From the IMG/VR virus record IMGVR_UViG_3300021962_000047, positions 32,001-96,000 of that record: a DNA stretch of 64,000 nucleotides. The stretch is one strand, 5' to 3'. The position numbers were made by a program, and so were the translations under genes. Within the stretch, counting starts at the first letter, position 1. Each line of letters begins with the position of its first letter. Origin of the DNA: a virus. This document shows positions 39,942-49,762 of this stretch, in pieces. Below the pieces are notes generated by a model that did not search any database, was not told where the DNA came from, and saw only the letters and a program-made list of their open reading frames with translations.

Positions 39942-40583
39942 ATGTTAGTTTCACACAGATATAAATTTATTTATTTAAAACCAAGAAAAGTTGCTGGGAC
40001 ATCTGTAGAATCATTTTTGGAAAGGTATTGTGTTAGCCCAGAATTAGAATCAACATATAAAATTAATGAAGATACCAATTTTAAATCAGACGAGTACGGT
40101 ATTATTGGTGGAAGAATGAAAGGTAAAGTTAGCGCAAAATGGTTAAACCATAAAAGTGTTCCTGAAATGAAAAGAGATTTGCCAAGTAATATATGGAATG
40201 AATATACAAAAATTTGTAATATTCGTAATCCATATGATATGACAGTTTCTTGGTTTCATTATAACCGACCTGGAAATGCGGTGAATAAAGAAATCTTTAA
40301 AAATTTTATTTTAAAAACAAATAATTTAACCACTCTCAGGTTTAATAAAAATATATGGTCAGATGGTGGCAAATTTAATTTTGAATATATTAAATTTGAA
40401 AATCTTGAGGAGGATTTAGATAATATAATGACTAAACTAAATTTACCAAAATACAACTTTGACCTACCCAAATATAAGATTAGTCGTAGAGGTGAATGGC
40501 CACAATACTACGATACCCGTTCAAAAGACATCGTAACATCAATGTTTGAGGATGAAATTAACTTCTTTAATTACAAATTTTAA
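39942..40583 (+). CDS. Sulfotransferase family 2 protein
   Basis: KFIYLKPRKVAGTS (5'-PSB), IRNPYDMTVSWF (3'-PB), KFENLEED and EINFFNYKF. Confidence 0.8.
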   Translation: MLVSHRYKFIYLKPRKVAGTSVESFLERYCVSPELESTYKINEDTNFKSDEYGIIGGRMKGKVSAKWLNHKSVPEMKRDLPSNIWNEYTKICNIRNPYDMTVSWFHYNRPGNAVNKEIFKNFILKTNNLTTLRFNKNIWSDGGKFNFEYIKFENLEEDLDNIMTKLNLPKYNFDLPKYKISRRGEWPQYYDTRSKDIVTSMFEDEINFFNYKF

Positions 40584-40658
40584 GAAGTTAAAACATATAC
40601 ATTAAATCTTTAATATTCTTAAGGTTTAAACTATTATTACTATGATAATTTAAGCTTT

Positions 40659-41822
40659 ATGAAAAAACTAGGTGTAATCGGTATCGGCAAATTAGGTTTA
40701 TCTTTTGCATTGTTAGCCGAAAATAAAGGATATATAGTATGGGGTTCTGATGTCGATAAAGAATATATAAATTCTTTAAAAAATAAGACATTTAAAACTA
40801 ATGAACCACATATTACCGAGTATTTAAAAAACTCAAAAAATTTTAATCCCACAATAGAGAATATAGATGTAATTGGTAATTGTGATTTAATCTTCACATT
40901 TGTACCAACTAATTCATTACCTAACGGTGAATATGACCACAAATACATTGAAGAGGTTGTGGATGCCTTCGAGGCAATGCATTACACGGGTTGTGACATA
41001 TTAGGTAAAACTTTAGTAATCGGATGTACAACCAGTCCTGGTTATGTTGATACAATTCAAGAAAGATTAGAAGAATATGGAGTAAATGTTTGTTATAACC
41101 CTGAATTCATCGCTCAAGGAGATATAATAAATGGATTAGTCAATTCTGATTTTGTCTTAATCGGAACAAACACCCCCAACGAAATTAAGGATTTAACCGA
41201 GGTTTATTACACAATAATGAACGATGAACCCGTCTTTAAGATAATGTCAAATACCGCAGCGGAGATTACAAAAATTGCAGTTAATTGTTATCTAACAACA
41301 AAAATATCTTTTGCCAACATGATTGGTGAAATTTGTCACAATACAGGTATCGGTGATGAGGTTGATACAGTTTTATCCGCCATCGGTACTGATAAGAGAA
41401 TCGGCAATAGATACCTCAAATATGGGTTTGGATTTGGTGGTCCGTGTTTACCTCGTGATAATAGAGCCCTCGGAGCTCACGCGGAAAAAGTTGGACTTGA
41501 AGTCAATCTACCGTTATCTGTAGATAAGTTTAACTTCGAACATCACAAGTATTTGGTAAATAAATTTGTTACCGAATATCCCGACAGAAACACAACATTT
41601 GTTTTTGACTCTATTAGTTATAAAAAAGGAGTCGATATATTAGAAGATTCACAACAACTAACACTTCTATTAACACTCCTATCTGAAGGGTATAATTGTG
41701 TGGTCTTAGAAATGGATAGTATCATAGAAAAGATTGAGACACCTCTTAAAAATGTGTGGGGAGATAGAATCACTATGTTACCATTAAACTCTGAAGTTGA
41801 AGGTGTTAAAATAAATTTATGA
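40659..41822 (+). CDS. ugd: UDP-glucose/GDP-mannose dehydrogenase family protein
   Basis: GIGKLG, FVPT, YNPEFIAQG, AEITKIAVN and GFGGPCLPRD (catalytic Cys). Confidence 0.9.
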   Translation: MKKLGVIGIGKLGLSFALLAENKGYIVWGSDVDKEYINSLKNKTFKTNEPHITEYLKNSKNFNPTIENIDVIGNCDLIFTFVPTNSLPNGEYDHKYIEEVVDAFEAMHYTGCDILGKTLVIGCTTSPGYVDTIQERLEEYGVNVCYNPEFIAQGDIINGLVNSDFVLIGTNTPNEIKDLTEVYYTIMNDEPVFKIMSNTAAEITKIAVNCYLTTKISFANMIGEICHNTGIGDEVDTVLSAIGTDKRIGNRYLKYGFGFGGPCLPRDNRALGAHAEKVGLEVNLPLSVDKFNFEHHKYLVNKFVTEYPDRNTTFVFDSISYKKGVDILEDSQQLTLLLTLLSEGYNCVVLEMDSIIEKIETPLKNVWGDRITMLPLNSEVEGVKINL

Positions 41823-42904
41823 AAAAAGTCATAGTACTTGGTGGGGGTGGATTCATTGGTGGTCACCTAGCGAAAAGATTAAAAGATGAAGGACATGAAG
41901 TCACAATCTGTGATATCAAACCTCATGACTATTGGAATCACGAAGACATCTGTGATGAATTTATTTTTGGGGATTTAAGACACCCCGGAGTTGTTGCGGA
42001 TGTTATTGATGAAAACATAGATGAGGTATATCAATTAGCCGCGGATATGGGTGGTGCTGCGTACATCTTTACTGGTGAAAATGATGCTGATGTAATGCAT
42101 AATTCAGCAATGATAAACCTAAATGTTGCTAAAGAATGTGTTAAGAAAAAAGTTAAAAAAGTATTTTATTCTTCTTCGGCCTGTATGTATCCTGAATACA
42201 ATCAGATGGACCCTGATAATCCAAATTGTGAAGAATCGTCAGCTTATCCTGCAAACCCCGATTCAGAATACGGATGGGAAAAATTATTCTCAGAGAGAAT
42301 GTTTTTATCCTTCTACCGTAATTACGGTTTGGATGTAAGAATTGCACGATTTCATAACATCTTCGGTCCTATGGGTACTTGGAAGGGTGGAAAGGAAAAA
42401 GCACCTGCAGCTATGTGTAGAAAAGTCGCCGAATCTGAATCTGAAATTGAGGTGTGGGGTGATGGTCAACAAACCAGGTCATTCCTTTATATTGACGAAT
42501 GTGTGGATGCCGTTCTAAAATTTATGGATTCAGATTTTACAGGTCCTGTTAATATTGGTTCCGAAGAAATGGTAACAATAAATCAGTTAGCTCAGATGTG
42601 TATTGATATTTCAAAAAAAGACATTAAAATTAATAATATAAATGGACAAGAATTTATTGAAAAATATGGATTTAAATGTCCGATTGGAGTCAGGGGTAGA
42701 AACTCTGACAATAAACTTTACAAAGATAAAATAGGTTGGGTAGTATCTCAGCCGCTAATTGTTGGTATGGAAAAAACATATGAATGGATAGAAAATCAAG
42801 TAAACGAAGAAAAGAAAACCTACATTTATGAAAGTCCTGATGGAGGTAAGACAGTTTACAGAAGAGAGTTTGGACAACCTCACGAAACTAGAGAATTGAT
42901 TTAA
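41819..42904 (+). CDS. NAD-dependent epimerase, GDP-mannose 3,5-epimerase-like
   Basis: GGGGFIG, LAADMGG, SSACMYPE, YGWEK, EKAPAAMCRKV and VRGRNSDN. Confidence 0.85.
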   Translation: MKKVIVLGGGGFIGGHLAKRLKDEGHEVTICDIKPHDYWNHEDICDEFIFGDLRHPGVVADVIDENIDEVYQLAADMGGAAYIFTGENDADVMHNSAMINLNVAKECVKKKVKKVFYSSSACMYPEYNQMDPDNPNCEESSAYPANPDSEYGWEKLFSERMFLSFYRNYGLDVRIARFHNIFGPMGTWKGGKEKAPAAMCRKVAESESEIEVWGDGQQTRSFLYIDECVDAVLKFMDSDFTGPVNIGSEEMVTINQLAQMCIDISKKDIKINNINGQEFIEKYGFKCPIGVRGRNSDNKLYKDKIGWVVSQPLIVGMEKTYEWIENQVNEEKKTYIYESPDGGKTVYRREFGQPHETRELI

Positions 42905-42926
42905 AATAAACAATAACAAAATATAC

Positions 42927-43652
42927 ATGGCAAATACAAGAAGAAAACCTGAGTCAACATCAACACCACTACCGAAAATGACTCGGAAAGACCTAATTCA
43001 AAGTGTTATCGGTAAAACACCAAGAAAGAAATTCTTATCTGAAGGACAAAGACACTACTTTGAATTATTAGAAAATAAAGAAATAACAATTTGTACAGGA
43101 CCTGCAGGGGTTGGTAAATCATACATCGCAATGAATGCGGCGGTACAATTATTATTAGACCCAAATAACTCATATGAAAAAATTATAATTGTTAGACCTG
43201 CGGTTGAAGCTGAAGAAAAACTCGGAGCATTACCAGGAAACGTTGAAGAGAAATTGGACCCTTATATTTTCCCATCATATTATCTTTTAAATAAAATAAT
43301 AGGTAAAGATGCTAGAGAAAAATTAAAAGAATATGATATTATTGAAGTTTTCGCATTGGCATACATGAGAGGTATGAATATCGATAATTCAATTCTAATT
43401 TTTGAAGAAGCACAAAACTGTACACCTAAACAAATGAAACTTTTATTAACTCGAATTGGTTTTAATAGTAAGTTTTTTATCTCAGGAGACCTTGAGCAAA
43501 CTGACCGTTACAAAGATAAAACACATTCAGGTTTATGGGATGCGATTGAACGATTAAAAGATTTAGATAATATCGGTATTTACCAATTTGATAATAAAGA
43601 TATTATTAGAAATCCAATCATAACTAAAATCTTAGATAGATACGAAGAATGA
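42927..43652 (+). CDS. phoH: PhoH-family ATPase
   Basis: GPAGVGKS, RPAVE, LGALPG, AYMRG, EEAQN and SGDLEQTD. Confidence 0.93.
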   Translation: MANTRRKPESTSTPLPKMTRKDLIQSVIGKTPRKKFLSEGQRHYFELLENKEITICTGPAGVGKSYIAMNAAVQLLLDPNNSYEKIIIVRPAVEAEEKLGALPGNVEEKLDPYIFPSYYLLNKIIGKDAREKLKEYDIIEVFALAYMRGMNIDNSILIFEEAQNCTPKQMKLLLTRIGFNSKFFISGDLEQTDRYKDKTHSGLWDAIERLKDLDNIGIYQFDNKDIIRNPIITKILDRYEE

Positions 43653-44260
43653 AAATAGCATTTGATGTAAATGGAGTATTAAGAGACACTTTTGGTAAGG
43701 CCGAACAGGTTTACCAAAAGTTTTATATTGATGACTACATAAAAGAAGAAGGTGAAGATGATTTTGAATTTAAATTAAATTTACCAATGACTTCTTATAC
43801 CCTTTCGGACCATTTTATTTTCCCAAAGGAAGAAGATTTATATGATTTTCTATATGTAGAATACCCAATGCAGATTTTTGGTCATGCTCCATCACCAAGT
43901 GGTAATACATTTAACGTACTAAACGAAATATATGAAGAATTAAGAGATGACCACGAGATAATTGTTGTGTCTGATGAAATACAAAAATCAAAACCGGCAA
44001 CATTATTTTTCTTATCAAAGTATGGATGTTTAATTGAGAAGATACTTTTTTATTCTAAAATAACTGAAAATAATATGTGGTCAGAATGTGACATTTTAAT
44101 AACCGCTAATCCAAATTTATTAATGGAATATCCGGTGGATAAAATTTTAGTGAAGTTTGAAACCGAATATAATCAAGGTATTGATTGTGATTATACCATC
44201 AAAAATCTCGAAGAGTTTAAATCTCTTTATGAACAACTTAAATTAAAAGAAAATGATTAA
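43649..44260 (+). CDS. 5'(3')-deoxyribonucleotidase-like HAD protein (degenerate motif I)
   Basis: IAFDVNGVLRD; C-terminal FETEYN. Confidence 0.55.
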   Translation: MKIAFDVNGVLRDTFGKAEQVYQKFYIDDYIKEEGEDDFEFKLNLPMTSYTLSDHFIFPKEEDLYDFLYVEYPMQIFGHAPSPSGNTFNVLNEIYEELRDDHEIIVVSDEIQKSKPATLFFLSKYGCLIEKILFYSKITENNMWSECDILITANPNLLMEYPVDKILVKFETEYNQGIDCDYTIKNLEEFKSLYEQLKLKEND

Positions 44261-44519
44261 TATTTTTGGAAAAAATTACTTTATTGATATGAATGCTCTT
44301 GAAGAGTTTATTCAAATAAATAAAGTAACAACTACGGGTGATACTGAAAGTTTTTCGGTTATCAAGTTTGAAATGGCTAAAACCTTTATTGAGGTAATAT
44401 TAACAGAAAGGGAAGAAATTGATGAAAATTTAGGCACATATAGTGTTAAAAATTTAAGTATTCCCTTTAAAATCGCATTTAATACTTTATTAGTATATAA
44501 TATTTTAAAAGAAATTTAA
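44253..44519 (+). CDS. Hypothetical protein
   Basis: 88-aa coupled ORF. Confidence 0.6.
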   Translation: MINIFGKNYFIDMNALEEFIQINKVTTTGDTESFSVIKFEMAKTFIEVILTEREEIDENLGTYSVKNLSIPFKIAFNTLLVYNILKEI

Positions 44520-44521
44520 AA

Positions 44522-45586
44522 ATGGACCAAGAAACAATTAAAAAAATAGAGAAATCTATTGAAAATTTAGCTGAGAAAAAATCGAGAATCTTATTCTTAA
44601 CTCAAGACACTAAAGGTAATGCCAAAGCTTCTATTAGACACATTTATGAAATGGCATTAACTTTAAAAAACAATGGGTTTAATCCAATTATCCTTCACGA
44701 ATCAAATGACTACAAAGGTGTTGCCGGATGGTTAGGCGAAGAATATATGGAAATTCCACATCAATCAATCGAATCACAAAATTTACAAATTTCACCAGAA
44801 GATTTTATTGTAGTTCCTGAATTATACGGTCACGTATTAGAACAATTATCAAATATTACTACAGGTAAAATTATTCTTTGTCAAGCATATGACCATATGT
44901 TAGAGACATTACAGCCAGGTGCAACTTGGAGTCAATATGGTTTTGTTAAATGTATTACAACAACTGAATTACAAAAAGAGTATGTTTCAGAAATTATGAA
45001 ATCGGTTTCTTTTGATGTTATTAAACCAACAATTGCAGATGTTTTTACTAAAAAAGAAAAACCGGCAAAACCATTTATCGCGGTACACACAAGAGACCAA
45101 AGAGATACAATGAAATTGATTAAAACTTTTTATCTAAAATTCCCACAATTTAGATGGGTTACATTTAGAGATATGAGAGGATTAAATCAAAACGAATTCG
45201 CAGAAGCATTAAAAGAAAGTTTCGTTTCAATATGGGTAGACGATACTTCAGGTTTTGGTACATATCCATTAGAGAGTATGGCATGTGGTACACCAGTAAT
45301 CGGTAAAGTACCAAACATGAAACCAGAATGGATGAATGAGAAAAACGGTATTTGGACGTATGATTTAAATGCGTTAGTAAATATTGTAGCAGAATTTACA
45401 CAAAATTGGTTAGAAGATAACATCGCAGACCAATTGTATGAATCAGGATATGAAACTGCAAAAACATATCAGAATATGGAATCATTTGAAAAAGACGTTG
45501 TCTTAAAATTCACAGAATATTTGGGAATTAGACATGATAATTTCAAAGCACAATTAGATAAACTTAAATTAGAAGAGGTAAATTAA
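44522..45586 (+). CDS. Glycosyltransferase (GT-B, GT4-like)
   Basis: DFIVVPE and SGFGTYPLESMACGTPVIG. Confidence 0.8.
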   Translation: MDQETIKKIEKSIENLAEKKSRILFLTQDTKGNAKASIRHIYEMALTLKNNGFNPIILHESNDYKGVAGWLGEEYMEIPHQSIESQNLQISPEDFIVVPELYGHVLEQLSNITTGKIILCQAYDHMLETLQPGATWSQYGFVKCITTTELQKEYVSEIMKSVSFDVIKPTIADVFTKKEKPAKPFIAVHTRDQRDTMKLIKTFYLKFPQFRWVTFRDMRGLNQNEFAEALKESFVSIWVDDTSGFGTYPLESMACGTPVIGKVPNMKPEWMNEKNGIWTYDLNALVNIVAEFTQNWLEDNIADQLYESGYETAKTYQNMESFEKDVVLKFTEYLGIRHDNFKAQLDKLKLEEVN

Positions 45587-45587
45587 A

Positions 45588-46391
45588 ATGGAAAAGTTAG
45601 ACGTATCAGTAATTTTACCAGTAGAATCATCAAAACATAAAGATTTTACTGAATACTTAACAAAGGCAATAATGTCTATAAACAATCAATCAGTTCCTGT
45701 AAACGAATTAGTATTGGTTCACTCAGGTGAAGAATCTTTACAGACCATTGTTGATGGTTTTGATTACAGTGGATTAACTATTAATATCGTAAAAAATGAT
45801 GGGAAAACTGATTTTCCATCTCAAATTAATTTAGGAGTTAAAAACGCAAAATCAAAATGGATTTCTATTTTGGAATTTGATGATGAATACGCTTCTATTT
45901 GGTTTAAGAACGTTAAAGAATATATGGAATCTTATCCTGATTTTGATGGGTTCTTACCATTAGTTGTTGATGTAGACAGTACAGGTATGTTTGTTGGTTT
46001 TACAAACGAAGCAACATTCGCAGCAAGTATGAATATGGAAATTGGTATTCTTACTAATGAACTATTATTAAACTACCAAAACTTCCAAACCAGTGGATTG
46101 GTTGTTAAAAAATCAATTTTTGAAGATTTTGGAGGATTTAAATCATCATTTAAGTTAACTTTTGTTTATGAATTCTTATTGAGAATGACGTACAACGCGG
46201 CTAAATTAATGACAATACCAAAGATTGGTTATAAACATATAAACCTAAGGGAGGGTTCAATTTTTTGGAACTATAAAAACGGCTCAAACCGAATTTCTGA
46301 AGATGAAGTAAGTTTTTGGATTGAATCTGCAAAGAAAGAACATTTCTTTGCCGATGATAGGGGCATAAAATATGAACCAACAAATGTTTAA
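45588..46391 (+). CDS. Glycosyltransferase family 2
   Basis: VSVILPV, INLGV, ILEFDD and FGGF. Confidence 0.8.
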   Translation: MEKLDVSVILPVESSKHKDFTEYLTKAIMSINNQSVPVNELVLVHSGEESLQTIVDGFDYSGLTINIVKNDGKTDFPSQINLGVKNAKSKWISILEFDDEYASIWFKNVKEYMESYPDFDGFLPLVVDVDSTGMFVGFTNEATFAASMNMEIGILTNELLLNYQNFQTSGLVVKKSIFEDFGGFKSSFKLTFVYEFLLRMTYNAAKLMTIPKIGYKHINLREGSIFWNYKNGSNRISEDEVSFWIESAKKEHFFADDRGIKYEPTNV

Positions 46392-47143
46392 TGTTTTTAT
46401 CTGAATTATCGGGTACATCTGCAGAATCAATACTAAAGAAAAGAGGTAGAAAACCCAAAAACACTAACTATTTCGATGTAAGAGAAGAGACGGCAGTCAG
46501 GATGTTCTTGACTGCCACTACTTACAACGAGCGTAACCAGATATACAATGATTATCTGAGAGCGCCAGTAGATAAGATGATTGAATCAATCATACGACGT
46601 TATAAACTATACCGTAAAGATATGGATTTTATTGAAATCCATAATGATACTCATTCATTTTTGGTTACAAAAATAGAAAAGTTTAAACCAGATAAAAATA
46701 AAAAAGCATATTCTTATTTTGGTACAATTTGTAAAAACTATTTGATGGGTCAAATCATCAAAGACCAAAAAGACCAAAATAGAAAAATATCATACGAAGA
46801 CATTTCAGCATCGTTAGAAAATAGACCTGATTTAATTTATCACTTAGAACATGATGTTATCGAACCTTCACAGGTTATTGAAGAGTTTTTAAAGAAGTTA
46901 AAAGAATATGTTTTAGATGAGAGTATGAGTCAAAACGAAGTTAAACTTGGTTATGCTCTTATCGAATTATTTGAAAATTATGATAATATTTTTATTGGAA
47001 ATGATAACAATAAATTTAATAAAAATATTATTTTACTTTCATTACGAGAAATGACAAACCTATCAACTAAAGAAATTAGAACATCTATGAAAAAATATCG
47101 TAAGTTCTATTATGAGTTGATGAAAACATTAAATGAACTTTAA
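46391..47143 (+). CDS. Late-transcription sigma factor (T4 gp55-like)
   Basis: Region-2-like IEKFKPDKNKKAYSYFGTICKNYL; N-terminal NYF; last gene of the non-late operon. Confidence 0.65.
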   Translation: MFLSELSGTSAESILKKRGRKPKNTNYFDVREETAVRMFLTATTYNERNQIYNDYLRAPVDKMIESIIRRYKLYRKDMDFIEIHNDTHSFLVTKIEKFKPDKNKKAYSYFGTICKNYLMGQIIKDQKDQNRKISYEDISASLENRPDLIYHLEHDVIEPSQVIEEFLKKLKEYVLDESMSQNEVKLGYALIELFENYDNIFIGNDNNKFNKNIILLSLREMTNLSTKEIRTSMKKYRKFYYELMKTLNEL

Positions 47144-47172
47144 AAATATTACAGCTAACTATTTATAGTATT

Positions 47173-47547
47173 ATGTCTAGACCAAAAAAGAAAGATATTG
47201 TCCTAACCAAAGACTCGGTACTTAGTCTGATGCAGGAAATCTACAATGAACTTGTAGAACAAAGAACTACTGCAATAAGAATACAAAATAAAATGTTAGC
47301 CATGTTGAAAGACCCCGAAGACATGACTGTAATCGGACCTGTAATTAAAGAACAACAGAAAATCATAAACGACACCATCGAAAAAAAATTGAGCCTCTCA
47401 AAACTACAATCAGGCATTTGGGAAAAATCTCAAAATAACAATGATGAGTCATTTAACTTATCTGAGATGGATGATGATGTTCTTAAAGCTTTAATCAACA
47501 AAGATTTAGATAACGAAGAAAAAGGGGGGTATAACTTAGGTAAATAA
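47173..47547 (+). CDS. Hypothetical coiled-coil protein
   Basis: 124 aa, preceded by TATTTATA. Confidence 0.6.
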   Translation: MSRPKKKDIVLTKDSVLSLMQEIYNELVEQRTTAIRIQNKMLAMLKDPEDMTVIGPVIKEQQKIINDTIEKKLSLSKLQSGIWEKSQNNNDESFNLSEMDDDVLKALINKDLDNEEKGGYNLGK

Positions 47548-47555
47548 CCCTCAAG

Positions 47556-49553
47556 ATGGCAGACATTAAAAATCAATACAAAGAATTTACTAACAAAACA
47601 GAATCTCTTTATACTGTTAATAAAGCTAAGACAGATAAAAAGAGAATCGAAAAAGAAAAATCTCAAAATAATTTTGAGGAGGTTAAAAAAGATGCATTTA
47701 GTAATCTAAATGAGTGGGGTAATACTGCAAATGGAATCGATAATGATTTCAAAAAACAAATGCAGGCATTTAAAGAAAATCAATTAGATTCTTTAACAAA
47801 ATTATTCTTAATTACAGATTCAAAGGCAATTAACCAAGATAGTAAAACAAACTCTACTGCCAACAAAAAACCACAATACGGTAAAAAAACAAAAGACACT
47901 CTAATCAGTTGTTATAATGACGCAATTTTAGCTACAAAATCTAGAATACCTGAAATCTTTATACAAGAAGTCATTTCAACTTTAGGTTGTTCTGAAGAAC
48001 AAACATATGAATTAGCACCAGTATATGTTAGAGTCGAATCTATAGATTTATTTAAGACACTTAAAGAAGACCCATCATCTACACCGGGTAATCTTTATTA
48101 TGAAGCAAATACAACACCAAACGGTACTGTTCCATATAGTATGGACCTCGAATTATATAATCGTCTAAATAAATTTGGACAATCATTTAGTACCGAATAT
48201 GGTTCAGATTATATTGGAGCGTCATCAAATCAATTGATGAATTTTGAATATGTCGACCAAGATGGTAATGGTAACTTTGGTAACTTTTATAAAGTAACAT
48301 TAAATTCAAGACCTGATAATGTTAATAAGGTTACGGATTTTTTAATGGATTATTATTCATCTATTGAAATTTTAAATTTAGACCAATTTGCAACAAATGT
48401 GTTAAATCTTTTAATGGGGGCTTTTTCATTTAAAATGAATGTATCTGTAGACCAATTAAGAGACCAGACAAAATTTGAAAAGATATTACAAAGAGTTTTA
48501 GGTTTATGTTTTGACGCGGCTGAAGAAATTGATGTTAGCGGTAATGCTAAGTTATCTGTGTTAGATTTAGTTGATGAAAGTTTTTTTGAACTTAATTCAA
48601 CAGAGTTAAAAGAAATTGATGAAAGAATCAATGATATCAAAAGAGGTGTTGTTGAATTTACTGATTGTAACAATGTTAAAGTTCCTTTTGATTATGACGC
48701 AATTAATGGTTATGCACAAGATGTTATGTCTAAAACTAACGATACGGATAAACTAAACGCATTGGGAGATGCAATAGACACTATGTCACAAAATGAAAAT
48801 TGGAAATTGTTATTACCTAATGTAGATATTGAGGCATCCGTAAAATTTGATTTTTTAAGACAAATACCAAAAGCATTAATGATGACAGTTTTATCTCCAA
48901 AAGTATTATTTGGGTTATTAATTTTAGTTAAAGCGTTAAAAAATACTATTGCCGACTTAGTTGAGGATTTGAATTCATTTCTTCAAGCATTTAAAGATTT
49001 AATTATTGAAGTTATGTCTAAAATAGGTGCTATTTTTGTTGAGGAGTTAGTGAAACAAATTAAAAAGAATATAAAAAGATTAGTACAAAACATCGCATTA
49101 GATATTATCAAAGAATCTAAAGATGCGAGAATTAAAATTATCACATCACTAATAGCATCGGCACTTACTGTTGCACAATTAGTGAGAGATTATCGTAGAT
49201 GTAAATCAGTGATTGATGAATTAATATATCTACTACGAATAGTCGCGGCCAATTTCGGTCAGAATAAATTACCTTCATTCGCAGTTGCCCTTTCGGCGAC
49301 TCGTTCAGGGATGTCACAAACAAGAGCGTTGTCAAACATTATTGATGAAATGCAAAAAATAGGATTACCTACTGGAGATTTACCGGATGGTTCACCTAAT
49401 ATGATGATACAATCAAAACTAGCGGACCTTAATGGATTCTTTACTGAAATGCAACAAAATGGTAAAGTCCAAGGATTTTCACCACCGGTACCTGTTGGAG
49501 GTATTGGAGCTGGTGTAACCGCACCAATTAACATAGATGGATTATTTTTTTAA
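47556..49553 (+). CDS. Hypothetical protein, probably virion or baseplate associated
   Basis: 665 aa, helical, in the late operon upstream of the spike gene. Confidence 0.55.
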   Translation: MADIKNQYKEFTNKTESLYTVNKAKTDKKRIEKEKSQNNFEEVKKDAFSNLNEWGNTANGIDNDFKKQMQAFKENQLDSLTKLFLITDSKAINQDSKTNSTANKKPQYGKKTKDTLISCYNDAILATKSRIPEIFIQEVISTLGCSEEQTYELAPVYVRVESIDLFKTLKEDPSSTPGNLYYEANTTPNGTVPYSMDLELYNRLNKFGQSFSTEYGSDYIGASSNQLMNFEYVDQDGNGNFGNFYKVTLNSRPDNVNKVTDFLMDYYSSIEILNLDQFATNVLNLLMGAFSFKMNVSVDQLRDQTKFEKILQRVLGLCFDAAEEIDVSGNAKLSVLDLVDESFFELNSTELKEIDERINDIKRGVVEFTDCNNVKVPFDYDAINGYAQDVMSKTNDTDKLNALGDAIDTMSQNENWKLLLPNVDIEASVKFDFLRQIPKALMMTVLSPKVLFGLLILVKALKNTIADLVEDLNSFLQAFKDLIIEVMSKIGAIFVEELVKQIKKNIKRLVQNIALDIIKESKDARIKIITSLIASALTVAQLVRDYRRCKSVIDELIYLLRIVAANFGQNKLPSFAVALSATRSGMSQTRALSNIIDEMQKIGLPTGDLPDGSPNMMIQSKLADLNGFFTEMQQNGKVQGFSPPVPVGGIGAGVTAPINIDGLFF

Positions 49554-49555
49554 AT

Positions 49556-49762
49556 ATGGAAAACGTAGAAAAGTTAAAATCGGTCTTAACAGAATATAAA
49601 AGCAAATCGAATAATGATTTAAGATTTGCCATGGATGAGATATCTAAAGATTTTGAAGATACAAAAGAATTAGTTATTAAATTAACTCATCATTTAGATG
49701 CCTTGGAGCACAATTACAATAGATTATTAGAAGAGTATAAATCTAGAAATATTAAAGAATAA
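49556..49762 (+). CDS. Small coiled-coil hypothetical protein
   Basis: 68-aa coupled ORF. Confidence 0.55.
   Translation: MENVEKLKSVLTEYKSKSNNDLRFAMDEISKDFEDTKELVIKLTHHLDALEHNYNRLLEEYKSRNIKE

Noticed and set aside
35069-46391. Glycosyltransferase cluster as host capsule or LPS DNA (prophage flank or contamination)
   Set aside because: It is interleaved with dut, phoH, an exonuclease and the gp55-like sigma factor, is flanked by virion genes, and lacks flippase, polymerase or export genes.
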